Positions 56,544 through 64,000 of a stretch of 64,000 nucleotides of DNA are shown here, one piece after another; within the stretch, counting starts at the first letter, position 1, and each line of letters starts with the position of its first letter. This stretch comes from Vicinamibacteria bacterium. Lineage in GTDB: Bacteria > Acidobacteriota > Vicinamibacteria > Marinacidobacterales > Marinacidobacteraceae. The translations under genes were made by a program, and so were the position numbers. The stretch lies in assembly GCA_963668695.2 (NCBI GenBank), contig CAXXLQ010000004.1, forward strand, positions 2,624,001 to 2,688,000. Direction: 5' to 3'. Below the pieces are notes generated by a model, which searched no databases, was not told the origin of the DNA, and worked only from the letters and a program-made list of their open reading frames with translations.

Positions 56544-58232
56544 CTAGCGCGACGCTCCGCTCTCGCCCCGTAGCATCGCCACCATCTTGGCGGCGTGAGG
56601 CGGCGGAGACCCGGTGCGGCTGACGAACCAGGTCACACCGAAGTTGATCAGCATCCCGAAGGTGCCGATGCCCTCCGGACTGATTCCGAACCACCACGCC
56701 TCGGGGCCGCTCCATTCGAAGATCTTGAACCAGCCGATATAGACGGCGGTGAACCCGGTCCCCGCGATCATGCCGGCGACGGCGCCCCGGGCGGTCACCC
56801 ACGTCGTAAAGACCCCCAGTACCAGCGCCGGGAAGAAGCTGGCGGCGGCCAGGCCGAAGGCGAACGCCACGACGGCAGCGACGTAATCGGGCGGATAAAT
56901 ACCCACGATGATCGCCACCACACACGCTCCGGCGGCCGACAGCCGCGCAGCGATGAGTTCCTTCCGCTCGCTCATCCCGGGCCGCAGGAAGCTCTTCAGC
57001 AGGTCGTGGGACACAGAAGCGGAAATGACCAGCAGAAGCCCCGCCGCGGTGGAAAGCGCCGCCGCCAGGCCGCCCGCAGCCACCAGCCCCACCACCCACG
57101 CCGGCAGTTCGGCGATTTCCGGGTTGGCGAGGACCATGATGTCCCGGTCGATGAACAGCTCGGCGCCGGCTCCTTCGCCGTACTGGATGAGGCCGTCGCC
57201 GTTCACGTCGGTGAACCGGATGAGGCCGGTTGCCTCCCAGTTCCGGAACCAATCAGGGGCTTCGGCGATGGGCCTGTTGTGGAGGGTCTGGATCATGTTG
57301 ACCCGGGCGAAGGCCGCCACCGCCGGCGCGGTCGTATAGAGGATGGCGATGAAGAAGAGCGCCCACATCACGCTCCAGCGCGCGAGGCGCGCGCTCTTTA
57401 CCGTGTAGAAACGGATCAGCACATGCGGAAGCCCGGCGGTGCCGGTCATGAGCGCCAGGGTGATCGCGAAGACATCGGGCAGCGTCTTTTTCCCGGCGAG
57501 GAACGCTCCGGTGTATTCGGGTAACCCGAGGTCCGTATGGATCTGGTCGATCGCCCGCAGCAGGAACACCCCCGCGCGTTCGCCCTCGATCAGCGGGGAG
57601 CCGAACCCGATCTGCGGGATCGGGTTGCCGGTCATCATCCAGGAGATGGCGCCGGCGGGGATGAGGAACGCAACGATGAGCACGCAGTACTGGGCCACCT
57701 GGGTGTAGGTGATCCCCCGCATGCCCCCGAGCGTCGCGTAGAGCAGCACGATGACCCCGCCGATCACCACGCCGTACTCCACCGGAATCGTCAGGAACCG
57801 GGAGAAGACCACCCCAACCCCGCGCATCTGCCCCGCCACGTAGGTGAAGGAGATGAACACCGCGCAGACGACCGCGGTCATCCGGGCAGCGTGGGAGGCG
57901 AACCGGTCCCCCACGAACTCCGGGATCGTGTAGCGGCCGTAGCGGCGCAGGTAGGGCGCTACCAGCAGGGCCAGGAGGACGTAGCCGCCGGTCCACCCCA
58001 TGAGGTAGATCGCCCCGTCGTAGCCCATGAAAGAGATGAGCCCGGCCATGGAGATGAACGATGCCGCGCTCATCCAGTCCGCTCCGGTCGCCATGCCGTT
58101 GGCTACTGCAGAGACGCCCCGGCCGGCGACATAGAAGCCGGAGGTGGTCTGCACCCGGCTCGCTATCGCGATGGTGCTGTAGAGGGCGAAGCTCCCGACC
58201 ACGAAGACGAGGGTCCAGCCGGCGATGCTCAC
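56544..58232 (-). CDS. Sodium:solute symporter, ActP-like cation/acetate family
   Basis: ADWMSAASF, YVAGQMRG, GTAGLPHVLIRFYTV, AALSTAAGLL. Confidence 0.9.
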   Translation of the reverse strand: MSIAGWTLVFVVGSFALYSTIAIASRVQTTSGFYVAGRGVSAVANGMATGADWMSAASFISMAGLISFMGYDGAIYLMGWTGGYVLLALLVAPYLRRYGRYTIPEFVGDRFASHAARMTAVVCAVFISFTYVAGQMRGVGVVFSRFLTIPVEYGVVIGGVIVLLYATLGGMRGITYTQVAQYCVLIVAFLIPAGAISWMMTGNPIPQIGFGSPLIEGERAGVFLLRAIDQIHTDLGLPEYTGAFLAGKKTLPDVFAITLALMTGTAGLPHVLIRFYTVKSARLARWSVMWALFFIAILYTTAPAVAAFARVNMIQTLHNRPIAEAPDWFRNWEATGLIRFTDVNGDGLIQYGEGAGAELFIDRDIMVLANPEIAELPAWVVGLVAAGGLAAALSTAAGLLLVISASVSHDLLKSFLRPGMSERKELIAARLSAAGACVVAIIVGIYPPDYVAAVVAFAFGLAAASFFPALVLGVFTTWVTARGAVAGMIAGTGFTAVYIGWFKIFEWSGPEAWWFGISPEGIGTFGMLINFGVTWFVSRTGSPPPHAAKMVAMLRGESGASR

Positions 58233-58504
58233 GACGATTCCTCACCGTCATCGGACCGGTCGGCGTCCCGTTCGATCCGGTCCATGGCGATCGCGTTCAC
58301 GAGCAGCAGGACCAGAAAGATCACGATCGAGCCCTGTTGGGCGAACCAGAACCCCAGCGGGAACCCGCCGACCCAGATCCGGTTGAGCGGTTCGGCGAGC
58401 AGCACCCCGAGGCCCAGCGAGGCGGTGAACCAGATCGCCAGGAGGATGCCGATCAGGCGAAGGCTGCGCTTCCAGGGACCGGCGCTTGGGTGGGGGGCGG
58501 GCAC
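58229..58504 (-). CDS. DUF4212 small membrane subunit of the symporter
   Basis: GFPLGFWFAQQGSI; GTGA overlap with the symporter; start approximate. Confidence 0.85.
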   Translation of the reverse strand: MPAPHPSAGPWKRSLRLIGILLAIWFTASLGLGVLLAEPLNRIWVGGFPLGFWFAQQGSIVIFLVLLLVNAIAMDRIERDADRSDDGEESS

Positions 58505-58750
58505 GGTGGACCGACGAATGGTGCGGCAGGAAGACGGGCGTCCGCAAGGGGGCGGGCTCCGCAACGCCCGGGGATCGATCAATCGGTCCAGGAAGGCGAA
58601 GCCCTGAACCGGGGTCCTTGGGGCTCGCCAGCACCCGATGAGGAACAGATTGGGGTGTCGCTACCCGACGCGGCCGGTTCGGGAGGGGGATGGAACCTGC
58701 GGGACGCCTTTAACGAACTCGGCCCGTGGGCGGCAGCGCCCACCCCGTAG

Positions 58751-60112
58751 TCAACTCCCGGCTCGCCACTCAACGGTCGCGCCGCACCGGATCAAGGCGG
58801 TCGCGTCCACGAAGTCGAACATGGCGAAAGTCTCGGACTGGCCCGCGGCCAAGCCGGTTACATGGTCGAACCCGGCGTATTCGCCGTTCACATAGCTCCG
58901 GACGGTGGCAAAGCCCAGTGCTTGATGGGCGCGCACCTCTCCTTCAATGTTCACCCGTACCCTGCTCGTGGTGAAAGATTCCGTTTCGCACTTGCTGATC
59001 GTGATGGTTGCGGGGCCGCCCCCGTCACCGACTGTTATCGGAACCCGCAATTCCGCGCTGAGGCCTTCGGGATCGGTTGCGGTCACGGCGATCGTGGCGG
59101 TTCCCGCATTTACCGGACGAAGAGCGAGGGAGAGTTCCGCTCCGGAGTCGTCGACCCGCATCACCCGCACGACGTCGCGGTTCGTCGAAGTCGCAGCATA
59201 GACGAGGGGATCGCCGTTCGGATCATGGAAGATGGGATCGCGGAAAGGAGCGCCCTCAAGGTTCACCAGTACATCACCGCCCTCCGCGAGCGCAAAAACC
59301 TTCGCAGTGTTCCCGGCGCGCGGGGGAGCGTTCCCCACCTTTATCTCGAAGGACTGCGATGCGCTCAGTCCGTCTGGATCGGTGGCGGTGACCTGGATCA
59401 GAGTGGTCCCGTCACTAACCGGCGTGATTTCCAGTCGGTTCCCCGAAACGACCACGCGCGCGACACTTTCCCTGCTGGAAGTGGCCGTGTAGGTCAGGGA
59501 ATCCTCGTCGGGATCCTGGAAGTTCCGCGACAGATCCAGTGTTAGTGGACTTCCGCCCGCATTGAGGATCTGATCCGGAACACTCCCCACCCAGACGGGC
59601 GCGCCGTTCGACCCTCCTGACTGGCCTCCTGACTGGCCTCCTGACTGGGTGGTGGCCTCCCGGGTGATCAACCCCAGGGTCACTACGCCGTCGACGATGA
59701 TGCACTGGACGGCTTGGCACCGGTAGGTGTCGTCGCTCGTCTGGACCCACCCGAAGTATTCCAGGGTAATGGTGAGTGATTCGCCAATTGAACTGATCGT
59801 TCCGTTGAAGACATCCGGCAGCGCCACACTCGTCGGGAAGCCCGGGATCGTGTCACCCACCGTGAACGAGCCGACCGCATCGCCGACCGCGCCGACCGCG
59901 CCGCCGACCGCGCCGCCGACCGCGCCGAGCGCATCGCCGACCGCTTCAAGGGGCGCGATCAGCCCGTCGGCTGCCCCGCATGCGGTGTTCATCCCTCCCG
60001 CGGCAAGCAGGGATGCGATAGCGAGACTTCGAATGAGGCTTGGAAGACTGGCTCGCCCGAAAACGGAGTGCGGCCGGTTGGGTGGATCAAATCCGGCAGC
60101 ACTCACGCTCAT
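58751..60112 (-). CDS. Hypothetical surface lipoprotein with two cadherin/Ig-like domains and low-complexity linkers
   Basis: Two F(Q/H)DP(D/N)xDxLxY..S...VTATDPxGLSA units; AVGG and QSGG repeats; start uncertain. Confidence 0.65.
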   Translation of the reverse strand: MSVSAAGFDPPNRPHSVFGRASLPSLIRSLAIASLLAAGGMNTACGAADGLIAPLEAVGDALGAVGGAVGGAVGAVGDAVGSFTVGDTIPGFPTSVALPDVFNGTISSIGESLTITLEYFGWVQTSDDTYRCQAVQCIIVDGVVTLGLITREATTQSGGQSGGQSGGSNGAPVWVGSVPDQILNAGGSPLTLDLSRNFQDPDEDSLTYTATSSRESVARVVVSGNRLEITPVSDGTTLIQVTATDPDGLSASQSFEIKVGNAPPRAGNTAKVFALAEGGDVLVNLEGAPFRDPIFHDPNGDPLVYAATSTNRDVVRVMRVDDSGAELSLALRPVNAGTATIAVTATDPEGLSAELRVPITVGDGGGPATITISKCETESFTTSRVRVNIEGEVRAHQALGFATVRSYVNGEYAGFDHVTGLAAGQSETFAMFDFVDATALIRCGATVEWRAGS

Positions 60113-60428
60113 TGGTTCGGCGCCCGGAAGATCCCTTGCCGGGCACGCGATGGCCGAAAGCGACAAGTCGTGCCCTGATTGGAACTGCACCACGCCACCT
60201 GTCGAAGGTACCGCATAGGCCTGCACGCGCGGCGAAGGGGCGTCGCCGCCGGGGTTGTCCCAGTCCGCCCGAGGCATCGCTGGCGAAAAGTCCTGGCTCC
60301 ACCCGCAGGTGCCTGATAAGAGCTGCGGCCGACATAGATGGCGGACGCGTGGCAGGGGCGTCGGTGCCCGATTGCGGGTGGAAGGGGCAGAGGCTATATG
60401 CTCGGTTGTCCGCAAAGGAGGGGACTCC

Positions 60429-61298
60429 GTGATTCCACCGTCTTTCGACTATCACGCTCCCGAGAATCTGGAGGAGGCGAGCCGGCTGCTGCTGGCCGAC
60501 CCCGAGGCCAAACTGTTGGCCGGGGGACACAGCCTCATCCCCATGATGCGGTTCCGCCTCGCGGAACCCACCGCGCTGGTGGACCTGCGGCGCATTCCCG
60601 GGCTCTCCGGAATCCGGGAGGACGGCGGTTCGCTGTGCATCGGGGCGATGACCCGCGAATCGGAGCTCGACAAATCCGAACTCGTCCGGAGCCGTTACCC
60701 GCTACTCGCCGACACGACGCGCGTCATCGCGGACCCGGTGGTGCGGAACCTGGCCACCGTCGGCGGGAACGTCGCTCACGCGGACCCGGGGAACGACCAT
60801 CCCGCGACGATGCTGGCCTACCGGGCGTCGTTCGTCGCCAGCGGCCCGTCCGGCCAGCGGACGGTCGCCGCTTCCGACTTCTTCACCGGGCCTTTCTCCA
60901 CCTGCCTGGAGGCGGGGGAGATCCTTACGGAGATCCGCATTCCGGCGTTCCGAGCCGGGGCGGGCGGCGCCTACCAGAAGTTCGAACGCAAGGTTGGTGA
61001 CTACGCCGTCGCGGCGGTCGCCGTCCAGGTTCAGCTCGCTGGTGGTCGAATCGCCAGCGCCGGGGTGGCTCTCACCAACGTCGGCCTGACCGCAATCCAG
61101 GCTGACGCGGCGGAAGCGGCGCTCATCGGCTCCGACGGGGGCGATGCCGCGCTCGACGCGGCGGCGGCAGCGGCGGCGGGTGCGGCGGACCCTGGCGACG
61201 ATCACCGGGGATCTGCCGATTACAAGCGCGCGTTGGTCCGCACGCTCACCTATCGGGCGGCGGCCAGCGCCCTCGCCCGGGCGAAGGAGGCGTCATGA
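60429..61298 (+). CDS. coxM: Aerobic CO dehydrogenase medium (FAD) subunit
   Basis: [28 protein letters not shown]; AAGGAGG RBS. Confidence 0.88.
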   Translation: MIPPSFDYHAPENLEEASRLLLADPEAKLLAGGHSLIPMMRFRLAEPTALVDLRRIPGLSGIREDGGSLCIGAMTRESELDKSELVRSRYPLLADTTRVIADPVVRNLATVGGNVAHADPGNDHPATMLAYRASFVASGPSGQRTVAASDFFTGPFSTCLEAGEILTEIRIPAFRAGAGGAYQKFERKVGDYAVAAVAVQVQLAGGRIASAGVALTNVGLTAIQADAAEAALIGSDGGDAALDAAAAAAAGAADPGDDHRGSADYKRALVRTLTYRAAASALARAKEAS

Positions 61299-61777
61299 GT
61301 TCCCACCGAATCAGCGTCACCATCAACGGTGAAGAGCACACGCGCGAGGTCGAAGCACGCCTGTTGCTCGTGCACTTCATCCGCGAGGACGTCGGCCTCA
61401 CCGGCACCCATATCGGGTGCGATACGACCTCGTGCGGCGCCTGCACGGTGCTCTTGGCCGGCGTACCGGCCAAGAGCTGTACGGTGTTCGCGGTGGCCGC
61501 GGACGGCTCCGAGGTCACGACCGTCGAAGGGCTCGCGAACGGTGGGCTCCATCCGGTTCAGCAGGGCTTCACGGAGAAGCACGGCCTGCAGTGCGGGTTC
61601 TGTACGCCGGGCATGATGCTGACCTCGAAGGCGCTCCTGGAGGAGAACCCGGATCCCACCGAAGCGGAGATCCGCTGGGGGATCTCCGGCAACCTGTGCC
61701 GCTGCACCGGCTACTTGAACATCGTGAAGGCCGTGCAGCGCGCCGCGGAACTGATGAAGGAGAACAGCGATGGCTGA
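61295..61777 (+). CDS. coxS: Aerobic CO dehydrogenase small (2Fe-2S) subunit
   Basis: [28 protein letters not shown]. Confidence 0.9.
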   Translation: MSSHRISVTINGEEHTREVEARLLLVHFIREDVGLTGTHIGCDTTSCGACTVLLAGVPAKSCTVFAVAADGSEVTTVEGLANGGLHPVQQGFTEKHGLQCGFCTPGMMLTSKALLEENPDPTEAEIRWGISGNLCRCTGYLNIVKAVQRAAELMKENSDG

Positions 61778-64000
61778 GTGCAGAGGTATCGGACACTCCG
61801 TCCAGAGGAAAGAAGACGCCCGCTTCATCAGAGGACAGGGGCGCTATATCGATGACATCAAGCTCCCGGGGATGCTCTATCTGGACATCGCCCGGAGTCC
61901 CTACGCGCACGCGAAGATCACGAAGATCCACGAGGACACCGCGACGTCGGTGCCTGGTGTTGCCGCCGTGATCACCGGCAAGACGCTCGAGGGATTCAAG
62001 CTCACCTGGATGCCCACGCTGATGAGCGACCAGCAGATGGTGCTGCCGGTGGACACCGTCAAGTACCAGGCACAGGAAGTGGCCGCCATCGTGGCGACCA
62101 CGCGCTATGCCGCGGCCGACGGAGTGGCAGCCCTCGAGGTGGACTACGACCCGCTTCCGGTGGTCGTGGACCCGCACGAGGCGCTGAAGCCGGGCGCCAC
62201 CAAGGTTCGGGACGACAAGGAGAGCAACCACATCTTCCACTGGGAGCATGGCGATGCCGATGCGACGGCACGATCGCTCGCCGAGTGCGACACCGTCGTC
62301 AAGCAGAAGATGCACCTCCCGCGGATCCACGTGGTGTCCATCGAGACCTGCGGCTGCGTGGCGAGCTGGAATCCGGTGGAGGGTCACCTGACCCTTTACC
62401 TGACCACCCAGGCGCCCCACGCCATCCGTACCGTGGTGGCGCTGGTGACCGCCCACCTCGGACTCGAGGAGCACAAGATCCGGGTCATTTCCCCCGACAT
62501 CGGCGGCGGATTCGGCGGCAAGGTACCGGTCTATCCCGGCTACGTGCTGGCGATCGCCGCGTCGGTGGTGACCGGGAAGCCGGTCAAGTGGATCGAGGAC
62601 CGCTCGGAGAATCTCCAGGCGGATTCGTTCGCCCGGGATTACCACATCAGCGCGACGCTCGGGTCGAGGAACGGCAAGGTGGTGGCGCTGAAGCTGGACA
62701 CCGTAGCCGATCACGGCTACACCGACGCGGCGGCCAATCCGTCGAAGTTTCCCGCCGGGCTCTACCACATCGCCACCGGGTCCTACGATCTCGAAAACGC
62801 CCACGTGGCGGTGGACGGGGTGTATACGAACAAGCCGCCGGGCGGAATCGCCTACCGGTGTTCGTTCCGGGTGACCGAGGCGGTACATGCCATCGAGCGG
62901 ATGGTGGATCTCCTGGCCCGCGAGAACGGGGAGGATCCCGCCGACTTCCGCCTCCGGAACTTCATCAAGCCGGAGCAGTTCCCCTATACGTCGGTACTCG
63001 GCTGGGAGTACGACAGCGGGAATTACGGGGCGGCGCTCGAAAAGGCCATGGGCATGATCGGCTACCAGGAGCTTCGCGCCGAGCAGGCGGAAAAGCGCGC
63101 GCGCGGCGAGCTGATGGGGATCGGGATTTCGTCGTTCACGGAGATCGTCGGGGCCGGGCCGTCCAAGACCTTCGACATCCTGGGAATCAAGATGTTCGAT
63201 TCGAGCGAGATCCGGATCCACCCCACCGGAAAGGCGATCGCCCGCTTCGGAACCAAATCCCAGGGCCAGGGGCACGAAACCACCTATGCCCAGATCATCG
63301 CCGAGGAACTCGGGATCCCACCCGAGCACATCCAGGTCGAAGAGGGGGATACCGACACCGCTCCCTACGGCCTCGGAACCTACGCGAGCCGTTCGACCCC
63401 CGTCGCGGGAGCAGCCGCGGCGATGGCTTCCCGGAAGATCCGGGAGAAGGCGAAAAAGATCGCTGCCCACCTCCTGGAGGCCGACGAGGCCGATCTCGTG
63501 TGGGAGCGGGGGAAGTTCTACGTGAAGGGCTCGCCCGACCGGGCCAAGACCATCCAGGACATCGCCTTCGCGGCCTACACGAACCACCCCCCGGGGATGG
63601 AAGCGGGGCTCGAAGCGGTCTCCTACTACGACCCGCCGAACCTGACCTTCCCGTTCGGGTCCTACATCTGCTGCGTGGACATTGACCGGGGGACCGGTCA
63701 GGTCAAGATTCGCCGCTTCGTGGCGGTGGACGACTGCGGCGTGCGGATCAACCCGATGATCGTGGAGGGACAGATCCACGGCGGGCTCGCGATGGGCATC
63801 GCGCCGGCACTGTTCGAGGAGATTTCCTACGACGCCGAGGGCAACATCACGGGGGGCAACCTCATGGAGTACCTGGTGCCCACCGCGATGGAGACCCCGC
63901 ACTGGGAACTGGGCGAAACGGTGACGCCGTCGCCGCACCACCCCATCGGCGCCAAGGGAGTCGGCGAGTCCGCCACGGTGGGCGCCCCCCCGGCCGTCGT
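61770..64000 (+). CDS. coxL: Form I aerobic CO dehydrogenase large subunit, runs off the right edge
   Basis: Manual translation from ATG 61770 ([16 protein letters not shown]); GGGFGGK; active-site loop AYRCSFR at 62850-62870; QGQGHETT; AKGVGE. Confidence 0.93.
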   Translation, partial: MAECRGIGHSVQRKEDARFIRGQGRYIDDIKLPGMLYLDIARSPYAHAKITKIHEDTATSVPGVAAVITGKTLEGFKLTWMPTLMSDQQMVLPVDTVKYQAQEVAAIVATTRYAAADGVAALEVDYDPLPVVVDPHEALKPGATKVRDDKESNHIFHWEHGDADATARSLAECDTVVKQKMHLPRIHVVSIETCGCVASWNPVEGHLTLYLTTQAPHAIRTVVALVTAHLGLEEHKIRVISPDIGGGFGGKVPVYPGYVLAIAASVVTGKPVKWIEDRSENLQADSFARDYHISATLGSRNGKVVALKLDTVADHGYTDAAANPSKFPAGLYHIATGSYDLENAHVAVDGVYTNKPPGGIAYRCSFRVTEAVHAIERMVDLLARENGEDPADFRLRNFIKPEQFPYTSVLGWEYDSGNYGAALEKAMGMIGYQELRAEQAEKRARGELMGIGISSFTEIVGAGPSKTFDILGIKMFDSSEIRIHPTGKAIARFGTKSQGQGHETTYAQIIAEELGIPPEHIQVEEGDTDTAPYGLGTYASRSTPVAGAAAAMASRKIREKAKKIAAHLLEADEADLVWERGKFYVKGSPDRAKTIQDIAFAAYTNHPPGMEAGLEAVSYYDPPNLTFPFGSYICCVDIDRGTGQVKIRRFVAVDDCGVRINPMIVEGQIHGGLAMGIAPALFEEISYDAEGNITGGNLMEYLVPTAMETPHWELGETVTPSPHHPIGAKGVGESATVGAPPAV

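Overview
GC-rich bacterial chromosomal window. The GWxTD-TPR protein, Oar-like TonB receptor and orphan MacA+ABC-ATPase pair suggest Acidobacteriota, possibly host-associated; this is inference only. Coding content: truncated PBP1A; three tandem secreted S9 peptidases and other secreted hydrolases; a frameshifted TonB receptor; two type II PIN toxin-antitoxin pairs; RecQ fused to a CinA-like molybdopterin-binding domain; a bacterial indoleamine 2,3-dioxygenase; an ECF sigma operon; an ActP-like symporter; and a form I aerobic CO dehydrogenase (coxMSL, AYRCSFR) running off the right edge. The most unusual signal is non-coding. Two unrelated repeat families, a 179-bp MITE-like element and a GGARCGCCGG REP-like palindrome, both carry an 18-nt micro-insert, CCAGTTCTCCCGGTGGGG (about 28 copies counted by eye). 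It sits at several independent internal sites, in both orientations, sometimes in tandem or stuttered. Empty (179 bp) and filled (198 bp; 251 bp = 179+4x18) MITE copies coexist. No transposase or reverse transcriptase is encoded in the window, and no tRNA, rRNA or CRISPR array was recognised.
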